A stretch of 64,000 nt of DNA from Candidatus Pacearchaeota archaeon (GCA_016866995.1 VGKQ01000002.1:221-64220); one strand, 5' to 3'. Shown: positions 8,551 through 18,499, counted from the first letter of the stretch. Notes: generated from the sequence alone by a model not told the origin. Numbers and translations are program-made.

Positions 8551-8730
8551 TTATTTCAAGTAAAGTCCAGTATCAATTTCAGAATGCAAAGGCACAACAA
8601 CAGGAATTTTTCCTTCTTTTGTTTCTTTCACAAGAATAACATGGCTTCCTTTCTGCCTTTTCGAGACAAATCCAGATTTAGAAAGAGCTTTTATTACTTC
8701 CTTACCTGATAATCTCGGCAGTTTTGCCAT
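8551..8730 (-). CDS. hicA: HicA-type mRNA interferase toxin
   Basis: 59 aa, below the track cutoff. MAKLPRLSGKEVIKALSKSGFVSKRQKGSHVILVKETKEGKIPVVVPLHSEIDTGLYLK. Overlaps the 3' end of hicB. Confidence 0.8.
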   Translation of the reverse strand: MAKLPRLSGKEVIKALSKSGFVSKRQKGSHVILVKETKEGKIPVVVPLHSEIDTGLYLK

Positions 8731-8932
8731 TTTTCACCTCAAACTTCACAAGAAAAACCTCAGAATTATTGTTTTCAGGCATACCAATTTCCTCGAGATA
8801 AAGCTCAACAGCTTCTTTCAAATTATTAACAGCTTCTTCAATCGTAAAGCCTTGACTAACTACATCAACTTCAGGGCATAATGCAACATACTGCTTTTCT
8901 CCTTTTCTTATAATAGCTGTAAATGAATCCAT
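8702..8932 (-). CDS. hicB: HicB-type antitoxin (UPF0150-like)
   Basis: MDSFTAIIRKGEKQYVALCPEVDVVSQGFTIEEAVNNLKEAVELYLEE. Confidence 0.8.
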   Translation of the reverse strand: MDSFTAIIRKGEKQYVALCPEVDVVSQGFTIEEAVNNLKEAVELYLEEIGMPENNNSEVFLVKFEVKNGKTAEIIR

Positions 8933-9093
8933 GTTCTCATTAATATGTTCAATTATATAAAACTTTCTATCTGTTATTAATGTTTATTTTGACAGGAGTA
9001 TGGGTTGTGAGTTTATGATTATTGTTTAGGAGTTTTCAAATTATTGTTCTGTAGTGTAAAAATGTTTAAGTACTTTTCATTTGTTATACTATT

Positions 9094-9399
9094 ATGAGTA
9101 TACTGTTAAAAATATTAAGATTAAGAAGAGATTTATCTTCTATAGTTGTAATTCAAGAAGAAAGTAAGGAAGGACATTTTGAAATGCCAAGAAATCCTGA
9201 TTGGGGAGGTTATGCTAATTGCGTAGATCCTTCAGCTGAACCAAGTGAATGGGTTCCTGACCAACCAAGAATTACTGAACCAAATAGTCAGAAGCGAGAA
9301 CAAGCAAGACAAGAACTTCAGAAAATTTATGATAATTCTAAATGGTATCAGTTTATAAGAAGATATTGTGCAGAGAAAGCCCTAAAAAAGGCAGGCTAA
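9094..9399 (+). CDS. hypothetical protein
   Basis: 101-aa ORF. The start is uncertain. Confidence 0.45.
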   Translation: MSILLKILRLRRDLSSIVVIQEESKEGHFEMPRNPDWGGYANCVDPSAEPSEWVPDQPRITEPNSQKREQARQELQKIYDNSKWYQFIRRYCAEKALKKAG

Positions 9400-9535
9400 A
9401 TCTTACTCACTTTGCTTAAAACTTTCTGCATACAAGAAAAATTCAGAAAACTCAGCAAAATTACCCCAAAAACCCTCAAACATTCGCATAAGATTGATTA
9501 GACGCCGTTTTAAAAATCGTGTTTTTGCCTCGATT

Positions 9536-9763
9536 TCAGCCCCTAAGATGAGGTTTTTCATGCCCTGTAGAGATATAATGAGGACAGCTTAAACAGCAAG
9601 TAGAAGTTCCAACACCCCCAACCCCAATTCTATGTCCTTCACAATACTCTCTTTCATCTACATTAATTTTAGCAGCATGAAGTTTTTGCGGGCAACCATA
9701 TAGACTTCCTTCTCTAACTCCTGCTTGTCTTAATTGTTCAATTCTCTCAGTTAGTATTATCAT
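9536..9763 (-). CDS. hypothetical Cys/His-rich small protein
   Basis: 75 aa with CPQK..H, C..H and CCLSCPH clusters. Confidence 0.5.
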   Translation of the reverse strand: MIILTERIEQLRQAGVREGSLYGCPQKLHAAKINVDEREYCEGHRIGVGGVGTSTCCLSCPHYISTGHEKPHLRG

Positions 9764-9834
9764 TAACTTTAATTATTAATTGAGTTTATATTAATTTATA
9801 TAATTAAGAATAATAAAACTTCCTGCAGGAAGTT

Positions 9835-10293
9835 TCAGCTTCTAAGAGGATGAATTTTTTCCCGTTTAACATCTCTAACAACCTCCAAAGAAATGTGTAG
9901 AAGCTCTTGTTCTAATTCTCCAAGCTCAGGAGTTGGGGCAGCATTATTAAACCCAATTGTCCTGCTCTGCCCGTCACAATTATTAACATGTATTGCTGTT
10001 TCAGAAAAACCCTCTCCACGTTGATATTTCATCTTCAAGTCACCTATAGCTTTTAATATCCTTCTTGCAAGATTCTTTATTTTTTCCGGCTCGCATTTTC
10101 TGTATGCTGTTTGTGCTTCTTCTGCAATCCCATCTACAACATCTGAACGCGCTATTCCGCTTGCATGCAATTCAAGTTCATGCCCAAAATCTCCTGCATT
10201 TTCATGCCTAAAATAAATTAATTCATCTCCAATTCTGCAAGGAAGTCTTCTTCTATCTTCTTCATTCAGTTCAGTAAACCCATAATCTTCCAT
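9835..10293 (-). CDS. hypothetical protein
   Basis: 152-aa ORF, followed by a 20-bp perfect palindrome. Confidence 0.55.
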   Translation of the reverse strand: MEDYGFTELNEEDRRRLPCRIGDELIYFRHENAGDFGHELELHASGIARSDVVDGIAEEAQTAYRKCEPEKIKNLARRILKAIGDLKMKYQRGEGFSETAIHVNNCDGQSRTIGFNNAAPTPELGELEQELLHISLEVVRDVKREKIHPLRS

Positions 10294-10394
10294 AAATCAA
10301 TAATATCTGAAGATTATTTAAGTATTATTGTGCTGCAAATCGCATTAATTCAGGAAACGCAAAACTACTTAAACCCCTCCAACAATTAATTAGC

Positions 10395-10775
10395 ATGACA
10401 AATATTCCATGGATACTGATTGCTGTTTTTTTAGTAATTGTCCTGCTCGGAATTATAGCTTTTTTCGCTGCAAAGAGCAGGAAGAAGAGAATGCCAACTG
10501 ATTATTATGCTTTTTTTCTTATAGGAATAATCTGGCTTGTTGCAGGGATTATGATGCAGCTGTCTGATAATGCTACTGGAACTTTTTTCTTTATTATGGG
10601 AGTAGTTTATGTTGTGATGGGATTAGCTCACAAGAAAGAATGGAAGAAAAATCACAAGCCAAACAAGTGGAAGAATTTAACAAAGCAGGAAAGAAAATTC
10701 AGAATCTGGATTTTTATTATTCTTGGAATTCTTGTTTTAGCTGGCTTGGCTGCTCTCTTGTTAGCTGGTTTATAA
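10395..10775 (+). CDS. membrane protein (4 TM)
   Basis: 126 aa with hydrophobic segments. Confidence 0.6.
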   Translation: MTNIPWILIAVFLVIVLLGIIAFFAAKSRKKRMPTDYYAFFLIGIIWLVAGIMMQLSDNATGTFFFIMGVVYVVMGLAHKKEWKKNHKPNKWKNLTKQERKFRIWIFIILGILVLAGLAALLLAGL

Positions 10776-10792
10776 ATTGAGGAAAGAAAACC

Positions 10793-11647
10793 CTACTTAA
10801 TTTCAGAGAGAATAGAGTTATTAATCTGTTTTGCCATTGCAAGATTTTTTATAACTGTCAGCTTAACTTCTCTTTTTTTATTGACAATTTCAGAGAGCTC
10901 AGATAAATCAAGATTTGTTAAATTCCTATTTTTCTTAAAAAACAAATCAAGCTCCTTGACAATCTCATTAGGATACTGAGTCTGAACAACTAATTCTCCG
11001 TAAGTTCCGACATAATAGGATTTGTCAAATGAGGAGCTGGAAGGATTAACAACCATTTTTATTCCTATTTTTTTGTAGAATTTCTGGATATTTTTATCAA
11101 GAACAGTGTTTCCTGTGCTTAGAATGTAAGAGACAATCCCTTTTTTCTTAAGTTTTCCCATTAATTCTCTTTCTCTGTCTAAATGAAGCAAGCCCTCCCA
11201 TACATGAGCTGCCTGATAGCAGTTAATTCTTGGGCTTCCTTTTCTAAAATCAGCATACCATTTTGAAATAATGTCCTGCCAGAATTTCATCATTTTGTTA
11301 AGAGAATTGAAAGTAAAGACAGAAATCTTCCCTTCTATTGATTCTGAGCTTGTTTTGACTTTCTCCTGATTAATGTCTTCGTAAAGCCTGTCAATTGTTT
11401 GTTTGGTTTCCTTAACCCACTCTTTGTTTATAAAAAATCCATGTTTAGTGTGAAGAAGGATATTTTCAGACACCAACTGAAGCACGGCTTTTCTGACTGC
11501 CTGAAACGTAACAGATTTTCCGTATCTCTTTCGTATAAAATTAGTCAGCTGGATTAATTTAAGAGGATATTCTTTGGTTAGTATAGTAAAAACTAAATCT
11601 TTCACGTCTCCCTTGTTTCCCATGGGAAGCACTATTTCCAAGCTCAT
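10793..11647 (-). CDS. wHTH-domain protein with an uncharacterised C-terminal domain
   Basis: N-terminal DLVFTILTKEYPLKLIQLTNFIRKRYGKSVTFQAVRKAVLQLV. Confidence 0.55.
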   Translation of the reverse strand: MSLEIVLPMGNKGDVKDLVFTILTKEYPLKLIQLTNFIRKRYGKSVTFQAVRKAVLQLVSENILLHTKHGFFINKEWVKETKQTIDRLYEDINQEKVKTSSESIEGKISVFTFNSLNKMMKFWQDIISKWYADFRKGSPRINCYQAAHVWEGLLHLDRERELMGKLKKKGIVSYILSTGNTVLDKNIQKFYKKIGIKMVVNPSSSSFDKSYYVGTYGELVVQTQYPNEIVKELDLFFKKNRNLTNLDLSELSEIVNKKREVKLTVIKNLAMAKQINNSILSEIK

Positions 11648-11762
11648 TAAACTATTTAGATTAATTATATATTTAAACCTTTTGGTTTAATAATTATTGA
11701 ACCAAGAAAATATAATATTTTCAGAATTACAACTATTAATTAAATTTTATGGAGAAAGAAAA

Positions 11763-12086
11763 ATGAACCAAAATGAAACAAGTGAATATGATAGAATGAA
11801 ACACATGTTCAACAGGGGCAGGAATCTTGGAGCATGTCTCGGAGTACTTTGCTCTCTTTTAGTTGCAGGCACAGCAGCAGTTTGCTATATTGAAAGAGAA
11901 AGGGGGATAGAAGAAAGAACAGAAGAAGCAGTAAGAGCAATCTATGAACCTGTTGGAAACGGCGGAGCTTTATCAGCAATGAATGGCAGGACAAGCAGAG
12001 AAAGAAAAGAAATGCTGAATAAAGTCTATCTTGTTAAAAGAATAAACAAACCTCACTTGCCTGAACCCTGCTCTGAAAGATTTTAG
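11763..12086 (+). CDS. hypothetical protein with one TM segment
   Basis: Start trimmed to MNQNETSEYDR. Confidence 0.45.
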   Translation: MNQNETSEYDRMKHMFNRGRNLGACLGVLCSLLVAGTAAVCYIERERGIEERTEEAVRAIYEPVGNGGALSAMNGRTSRERKEMLNKVYLVKRINKPHLPEPCSERF

Positions 12087-12268
12087 AATTTTGATGCGAG
12101 ATGAGTTTAAAAGTTAAGCTGAGATAAATTAATGTGACAATAAACCAAATAAGAATATTAATTATAGGTTAATTTTGATTGAGTTTGTTGTTAGTTTAGA
12201 GTTGAGGGGGGTGAGGACAGAAACTCGAGTATAATAATTCTTAAAAATGCTGATTTAGATGATTTAGT

Positions 12269-12601
12269 ATGGGACATGCTGATCCGCTAGCAAATGGATT
12301 AATTAATGTTGTAGAAGGGATTATGAACTTAGGCAGGGGTGCAACAGGTATTTTAGATATGCCAGATGATTATGATACTTCTAGTATGCTTTTGAATTTT
12401 CAAAGAGAGGACAAGATAGTTGGAAGGGAATTGAAAGCATTAAAACATTCAATCCCTATGCCCAAATGCGAAGATACTACCCCCCTGCAGATGAGAATTG
12501 AAATGGCAGTCACAAATGGAGTAGGCTATGATTCTAGAATAGACCCACAGAATCTACATCATAAATTCTGTTATGATCCTGAAGATATTTTCTGTGATTG
12601 A
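12269..12601 (+). CDS. hypothetical protein
   Basis: 110-aa ORF. TATA-like tcttaaaaat about 33 nt upstream. Confidence 0.5.
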   Translation: MGHADPLANGLINVVEGIMNLGRGATGILDMPDDYDTSSMLLNFQREDKIVGRELKALKHSIPMPKCEDTTPLQMRIEMAVTNGVGYDSRIDPQNLHHKFCYDPEDIFCD

Positions 12602-12802
12602 GTTTTGTAAGTTTATTTCTATTGTTTTGGTTGTTTTGGGGTTTGAGTTGAGTTTTGTGTGTGATGAGAGCGAGCCGAACTCATCAGAGTGAGGCGAGCG
12701 TGGGGAGATAGAAATATCTTCAAACTGAATTTTGTTTATCATCCCTGATTCCAGGTAGTTCTTAAAGTTTTTTTCAGCAATTTTTAATCTTTTTTCATCC
12801 AT
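12554..12802 (-). pseudogene. probable truncated HEPN partner of the MNT gene 12784..13398
   Basis: The first ~28 codons (MDEKRLKIAEKNFKNYLESGMINKIQF) look like a genuine N-terminus, overlapping the MNT stop as in the 30.5-kb pair. The frame then reads through the GC-rich repeat at 12669-12705 into the antisense of 12269..12601. Confidence 0.4.
12669..12705 (+). repeat. GC-rich boundary motif AGCGAGCCGAACTCATCAGAGTGAGGCGAGCGTGGGG
   Basis: Related to 25581..25626 and 27322..27349 (inverted) and to shorter GAGG(G)CGAGC copies at 14092, 17071 and 19485. Confidence 0.7.
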
Positions 12803-13398
12803 TTTTGTATTAGATTGTAATAATTTTCTATTCCATACAGGATTATGTTCTCTTTAATTATTTCTTTTGCAACATTGGCTTTTTTTGTTTCAAGCATGGA
12901 TTCAAATTCCTTGACATTAAAATCATGAATTTCGAGATTTAGTGGAAGAAGCCTTAGTTTTGAGACTAATTCTCCTGTTTTAGCATTATTGTCTGAAACT
13001 ATGCATATATCAATATCTGATTTTTCTGTCTTGCTTTTTTTGGCATAGGAGCCGAAAATTAAGACAATCATAAAAGGATAGCCTACTAACTCAATATCTC
13101 TCTTTATCGTCTCTAATTTAGGATTTTTAGCTAAGAAGATTCTGGTTCTTTTGTGCTCCACAGAAAAGATTTCTTCATTGGGAGAAAGATTAATTTCGAT
13201 AAGAGTTGTATTTCCAATCTTGTTTTTGCGCAGGATATCTGGAGAGATATTTTTTATTATATTAAAGGTGTTCTTATAGTCTGCATTTAGACTGCCTGAG
13301 ATTTGCATGATTGATTTTGGGTTCTTGTTTTCAATCAAATATGCCAAAATCTTTTCTTTTAAGCTTAGTGATTTTGGGCTTATGGTATTGATTGCCAT
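12784..13398 (-). CDS. MNT-type nucleotidyltransferase with N-terminal wHTH
   Basis: IFGSYAKKSKTEKSDIDICIV NTase signature. Confidence 0.75.
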   Translation of the reverse strand: MAINTISPKSLSLKEKILAYLIENKNPKSIMQISGSLNADYKNTFNIIKNISPDILRKNKIGNTTLIEINLSPNEEIFSVEHKRTRIFLAKNPKLETIKRDIELVGYPFMIVLIFGSYAKKSKTEKSDIDICIVSDNNAKTGELVSKLRLLPLNLEIHDFNVKEFESMLETKKANVAKEIIKENIILYGIENYYNLIQKWMKKD

Positions 13399-13596
13399 AA
13401 TATTATGGTATATTTTACCATATTTAAGCTTTTTGGTTTTCTGTTTCAGTTATTAATACTTATAATCTTGAGTGGGTTGATGTTTGGAGTTGGTTGTGAG
13501 TTGTTTGCGGGGGCGAATGTGGAGTAGAAAAGAATAAAAAGCCTGATAAACAGCTATTTACGAGGTGATAAACCTCAGTGAATTCTGAGATAAAAA

Positions 13597-14076
13597 ATGA
13601 CAAGTCTAGATGAAGAATTAAGACAAGAGCTTGAAGAAGCAGAAAGACAGCTTAGGAACAGGGAGATTAGTAGTAAAAAGCCCTTAAAATCAGAAGAGAT
13701 TTGGTGGCAAATTCTCAATAATTTTCATTGGCTTTTATCAGATAGATTTTTTTATAATAATGTTAGGTTATACAATCCAGAATTTAAAGATCTAAGCGAC
13801 GAACAAATTGGAGAAATTCCTAGTATAAATGCAAGTAAGGCTAAATATCACTCAACAAAATATCATTCAGTTACACTTAAAGAATTTCGTAGGGATATAA
13901 AAGATGCTCTGAGAGAAGCAGGGGCAGGTGATGCTCTTATGCAAGAATTTGAAGATCCTAGATATAAAGAAAAAATTCGAAGTCTGCAAGTTCCAGATGA
14001 AGTTTATAGAATCTTATACCATGCTTATGTTATCTTAAGAAAAAAAGGGTATAATGGCGCTGAACTTACAAGATGA
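13597..14076 (+). CDS. hypothetical protein
   Basis: 159-aa ORF. Confidence 0.5.
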   Translation: MTSLDEELRQELEEAERQLRNREISSKKPLKSEEIWWQILNNFHWLLSDRFFYNNVRLYNPEFKDLSDEQIGEIPSINASKAKYHSTKYHSVTLKEFRRDIKDALREAGAGDALMQEFEDPRYKEKIRSLQVPDEVYRILYHAYVILRKKGYNGAELTR

Positions 14077-14146
14077 ATGAGTGTTGAACGAGTTGAGGGC
14101 GAGCGTGGATAGAAAGAGATAAATAACCTAGATTAATCATGTTAAC

Positions 14147-14827
14147 ATGGCTGAAGTGTTCAAGTTATCACCCTCAAGCTTGAGCTTGATGGAAGAATGC
14201 GAGAGATGCTTTTGGCTGCATTTTCACGGAAAGAAAAGGCCTGCTGGAATATTTCCAAGCCTTCCAAGTGGAATGGATTTGGTTTTAAAAACCCATTTTG
14301 ATAAGTTTCGAGACAAGAATGAATTGCCTCCTGAAATAAAAAGAGAGAAATTATGTGCTGGGTGCAGGCTGTTTTCTGACAGGAAACTGCTTGATGAGTG
14401 GAGAAATAACAGGAAAGGGATAGAAACTAGAGATAAAGAGGGAAATATCCTGAGAGGAGCTGTTGACAATCTGCTTGTAAGAGGAAAAAAATTAATTGTT
14501 CTTGATTATAAGACAAGAGGGTTTCCGTGCAAGGAAGATACATGCGATTTTTACAAAAATCAGCTTGATATTTATAATTTTCTGCTTAGAAAAATGGGAT
14601 ATGAAACTGAGGATTTTGCTTTCCTGCTTTTTTACTATCCCAAGGAAGTTTTAGAAACAGGGGAAGTTTTGTTTGACACAAAACTTGTGAAAATGCAAGT
14701 TGATGTTGGAAATGCAGAAAGATTGTGGAAAAAAGCTCTTAAGCTTTTGAATTCAGCATGCCCGAAGAAGCATGCTGAAGATGATGAAGAAGCTTGCCCT
14801 TGGTGTAAGATTATAAGTGAGGAATAA
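14147..14827 (+). CDS. Cas4/RecB-like PD-(D/E)XK nuclease with Cys cluster (solo; no CRISPR context)
   Basis: CERCFWL near the N-terminus, GAVDNLL...LIVLDYKTRG, QLDIYNFLL, C-terminal C...ACPWC. Confidence 0.75.
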   Translation: MAEVFKLSPSSLSLMEECERCFWLHFHGKKRPAGIFPSLPSGMDLVLKTHFDKFRDKNELPPEIKREKLCAGCRLFSDRKLLDEWRNNRKGIETRDKEGNILRGAVDNLLVRGKKLIVLDYKTRGFPCKEDTCDFYKNQLDIYNFLLRKMGYETEDFAFLLFYYPKEVLETGEVLFDTKLVKMQVDVGNAERLWKKALKLLNSACPKKHAEDDEEACPWCKIISEE

Positions 14828-14925
14828 GAAAGATTGCAAAACTCAGAACTAAATTAATGTAACATAACAACATTAAGGAAATTATAAATTGTTAAGTTGT
14901 TAGTAAGATAATTAATGAGGAAAAG

Positions 14926-15267
14926 TTAATTAAACCCTCCTGCTCCAAGGGTTATGAGAATTTTTTTGATTTCTTCTATTGTTTTCTGCTGGCTTTTTTT
15001 ATCTGACATTCTTACAAATCGTATGAGTAAATCTGTTAAGCTTGATTCATCAAAAAACTTCAGTTTATGCCCGTCTGTGATGAAGTAGAATCTGAAGGAT
15101 TTATATTTTATTTCTTTTATGACAATTCCTGCTACATTTCCCAGAAGCTTGCCTTTATGAGGATTTGTTTCCAAGGTTTCTATTAAATCAATAATCTTAT
15201 GAGACTCTCCCTTGAATTTCTTTTGTATTTCCTCAAACAAAGAATGAACTATTTCGACTTTGGCCAT
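14926..15267 (-). CDS. RelE/ParE-like toxin
   Basis: NPHKGKLLGNVAGIVIKEIKYKSFRFYFITDGH pattern. Overlaps the upstream small antitoxin gene. Confidence 0.55.
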   Translation of the reverse strand: MAKVEIVHSLFEEIQKKFKGESHKIIDLIETLETNPHKGKLLGNVAGIVIKEIKYKSFRFYFITDGHKLKFFDESSLTDLLIRFVRMSDKKSQQKTIEEIKKILITLGAGGFN

Positions 15268-15461
15268 TTTTTATCCAATTCTTTTCTAGCTTCTTCTATA
15301 GAAATAGTATTTTCTGAAGAAAGTAAAAACTGCCTTAGCTGTTCTTTTACTGCAAATGAGTAGATTCTCTGGATAATTGTGTCATAGCTTTCTCCTTTTA
15401 TTCCGAAAGAGCATATCTTTTCCTTTGTTTCCTTGCTTAGTTGTATTGTTGTTGTTTCCAT
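15249..15461 (-). CDS. putative antitoxin
   Basis: 70 aa, overlapping the toxin gene by 19 nt. Confidence 0.5.
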   Translation of the reverse strand: METTTIQLSKETKEKICSFGIKGESYDTIIQRIYSFAVKEQLRQFLLSSENTISIEEARKELDKKWPKSK

Positions 15462-15651
15462 TTTGTTTTCCTATAGCAGCTATAGTGGCTATAGTTTATA
15501 AGCTTTTCGGTTCTTCTTATTATCTATTATTAATGTTACTTGCATCTTGAGGGCAGAGTTGTTAGGTGAGATGAGAGATGGAAAACAGTAGATACCCCTA
15601 CATTTATTATAAAATAGAAACATTTATAAAGATGTAGGGATAAATGTACAT

Positions 15652-16539
15652 ATGATAATCAGAAAAAAACAGATAGGAAATCGGAATTATTATTACTTAG
15701 AACACAGTTTAAGGGAAAAAAGAAAAGTAAAGAAAAAAGAAGTCTATCTTGGAAAAGAAATTCCCAAAAATATAGAAGAGATAAAGAAAAAATTTGTTTT
15801 TGGTATTTACAAAGAAAAATGGTTTGAAATATTTGAAAATATAAAGAAAAATTATATAAAAGAAGAGAAAGCAACTCCCAAATCCGCGAAAGAAAAAGAA
15901 AAAGAGAGTTTTATGATTAAGTTTACATATAATACTCAAAAAATAGAAGGAAGCAAATTAAGTTTAAAAGATACTGCAAATCTGCTTGAAAAAGGGATAA
16001 GTCCAAAAGATAAACCCTTAAGAGATATAAAAGAAGCTGAAAATCATAAAAAAGTTTTTTATGAAATGCTTGGGTATCAAAAAGATTTGAATATGCAAAT
16101 TGTCCTTTATTGGCATAAAAATCTCTTCAGCGAGACAAAAGAAGATATCGCTGGCAAGATTAGAAATCACCATGTCATGATTTCAAGAAGCAAGTTTATT
16201 CCTCCAACTCCTGCTGAACTGGATTTTTTATTGAAAGAATTTTTTGATTGGTATAAAAAGAATAGGAGCAGAATTAATCCTGTTGAGCTGGCTGCACTGG
16301 TTCATTTAAAATTTGTTTCTATACATCCATTTTCAGATGGGAACGGCAGGATATCAAGATTAATAATGAATTTCGTGCTGAATAAAAGCAAAATGCCTTT
16401 AATTGATATTGATTATATAAACAGAAACAGTTATTATAATGCATTGGAGAGGGCTCAGGTAAAAAAGAATGAACTTATTTTCTTGCAGTGGTTTTTCAGG
16501 AGATATTTCAAAAGTAATAAAAAGTTTTTAGATAAATAG
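15652..16539 (+). CDS. Fic/DOC family protein
   Basis: Canonical Fic motif HPFSDGNGRISRL. Confidence 0.9.
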   Translation: MIIRKKQIGNRNYYYLEHSLREKRKVKKKEVYLGKEIPKNIEEIKKKFVFGIYKEKWFEIFENIKKNYIKEEKATPKSAKEKEKESFMIKFTYNTQKIEGSKLSLKDTANLLEKGISPKDKPLRDIKEAENHKKVFYEMLGYQKDLNMQIVLYWHKNLFSETKEDIAGKIRNHHVMISRSKFIPPTPAELDFLLKEFFDWYKKNRSRINPVELAALVHLKFVSIHPFSDGNGRISRLIMNFVLNKSKMPLIDIDYINRNSYYNALERAQVKKNELIFLQWFFRRYFKSNKKFLDK

Positions 16540-16659
16540 CAAGAAAAAGCAAATATCTAAAATTAATGTTCAATCATACATGTTTTCTGTTGTTTTTTGT
16601 TGTGTTGTGGTGAAGTGTGCGGGAGAAAGATTTAAATATATGCTTACATCTTTATTTTT

Positions 16660-17040
16660 ATGTTTTTTGAGAATGCGAGTATAGAACAAATAAAGGATAA
16701 TGATGATGAGGGTAATATTTATGACGTTACTACTACAACCTATTATAAGGCGGGTTTGGTTTCAAAAATAGGTGGCGTGGGTTTAATAGGTTCTGCTCTT
16801 GCAGAGGTTATTTATCTGATATATACACATAATCTATCTACATCAGTACCTTGGGAAAGGCCCGAAGATTCCGCATTAGTGCATATTACAATGGGAATAT
16901 TACTCGGCGGTTCTTTTTTAACACATATGATAGGCAGGAGCCATGACAAAAAGAAGAATCCTATACGCGTCGAAACAGAACGTAAGAGTACTGGTTATTG
17001 CCGCGCTGGTTCACCTGCAGATCCGCATTTAAATTCCTGA
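16660..17040 (+). CDS. hypothetical membrane protein
   Basis: 126 aa with two hydrophobic segments. Confidence 0.45.
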   Translation: MFFENASIEQIKDNDDEGNIYDVTTTTYYKAGLVSKIGGVGLIGSALAEVIYLIYTHNLSTSVPWERPEDSALVHITMGILLGGSFLTHMIGRSHDKKKNPIRVETERKSTGYCRAGSPADPHLNS

Positions 17041-17105
17041 ATTGCATCCTGAATCAGCATTTTATCCATTCACGAGGCGAGCTTGATGTTGTTCAGTGAT
17101 TTTTA

Positions 17106-17123
17106 TGAGCAAAAATATATAAA
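17106..17123 (+). promoter_or_regulatory. BRE/TATA promoter TGAGCAAAAATATATAAA (copy 1 of 3)
   Basis: Identical 18-mer at 19518 and 20107. ATG 17145 lies about 22 nt downstream of the box. Confidence 0.6.
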
Positions 17124-17144
17124 GATTAATTAAATAGAATATTT

Positions 17145-17522
17145 ATGAGCCAATCTATGACTTTTACTAAAGGGGCAGGATTAGAACATTTATTTGCAAC
17201 AATTTATTCCTTGGAACAAGGAGCAAAAGTAAAGGTAAATGCGAGAGTAGAACTTCCTATTCCAGAAGAAGTTTTGGATTCTAGAAATAGTGACTGCTCG
17301 CAAATGATGTACAAAGGCAGTGTAGAGATTTTAAGAAGAGCCGACTCTAGAGAAGGAATCAGCCAGTATGTTATAAGAGCAAAGACAAAAGATACTGTCT
17401 TTCACTGTGTTGTGAATACTCTTCCCTGGGCATGTGATGGGAAAAGAAGATATGTGCATGCTGAACTTGATGATGACAGGGGGAAAGAAGTTAGAATTTC
17501 TCTCCTAGAAGATTCTGATTAA
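17145..17522 (+). CDS. hypothetical protein
   Basis: 125-aa ORF. Confidence 0.5.
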   Translation: MSQSMTFTKGAGLEHLFATIYSLEQGAKVKVNARVELPIPEEVLDSRNSDCSQMMYKGSVEILRRADSREGISQYVIRAKTKDTVFHCVVNTLPWACDGKRRYVHAELDDDRGKEVRISLLEDSD

Positions 17523-17610
17523 AGTGTGAGTATATAGATAGAAAAGAATATAAACCTTGAATTTATATAAAAATACCCAATAAGCAGGAAGAGTTCTGAT
17601 AGGTTAAAAA

Positions 17611-18465
17611 ATGACATTAAACTATATTAAAGGAGAAAAAGTAAGATTGAGTGATTACTATGATGAAAAATGGTTACAAAAGAAAATTGAAGATGATCCT
17701 AGCCTTTTAGGTTTAGGAGATTTAAGTGTGATAGCAAGAGAAAGAAAACAATCTTCGGGTGGTCGAGTAGATTTCTTACTAAATGATCCTGAAAGAGATA
17801 AAAGATATGAAGTAGAAGTTCAACTTGGTCCAACTGATGAAAGCCATATTATAAGAACAATAGAATATTGGGATATTGAAAGCAGGAGATTTCCTTCAAA
17901 AGAGCATATTGCTGTGATAGTTGCAGAAGATATTACTAATAGATTTTTTAATGTTATCTATCTTATGAATAAATCTATCCCCATAATTGCTATTCAATTA
18001 AATGCTATAAAAATCGACGATAAAATTGTATTAAACTTCACAAAAGTTCTAGATACATATGAGGAACCAGAAGAAGAAGATGCGGGCGGTGAACCTGTTG
18101 ATAGAAATTATTGGGAAAATAAATCAAATCTAATTTCTATAAAAGTGATGGATGAAGTGATTTCTATCACTAAAGAAGCATGTGAAGACCAACGAGTTAC
18201 ATATAATAAGTTTCATGTGGCTTTAGGTACTCAAAAAAGAAATTTTGCTTGGTTTCATCTTAGGAAAAAAGAATATTGTTATATAGAAATAAGAGTTGGA
18301 AATGGTAATATTGACAAAGCAAAAGCAATTCTTGAGGGGGCAGGAATTTCATTTAATAATGCAGAAGATGATTTATTCACATTTCAATTACAGGCTTCTG
18401 TACTTCAAAAAAATAAAGAAGAGTTATGGAAGTTATTTCAAAATGCTTGTCAAGCATATAAATAG
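17611..18465 (+). CDS. protein with N-terminal PD-(D/E)XK-like (NucS/DUF91-like) motif
   Basis: GGRVDFLLNDPERDKRYEVEVQLG, a D...E.E.Q/K-type core. Confidence 0.5.
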   Translation: MTLNYIKGEKVRLSDYYDEKWLQKKIEDDPSLLGLGDLSVIARERKQSSGGRVDFLLNDPERDKRYEVEVQLGPTDESHIIRTIEYWDIESRRFPSKEHIAVIVAEDITNRFFNVIYLMNKSIPIIAIQLNAIKIDDKIVLNFTKVLDTYEEPEEEDAGGEPVDRNYWENKSNLISIKVMDEVISITKEACEDQRVTYNKFHVALGTQKRNFAWFHLRKKEYCYIEIRVGNGNIDKAKAILEGAGISFNNAEDDLFTFQLQASVLQKNKEELWKLFQNACQAYK

Positions 18466-18499
18466 AAAACCATAAATATATACTAAATTTGCTAATTCT

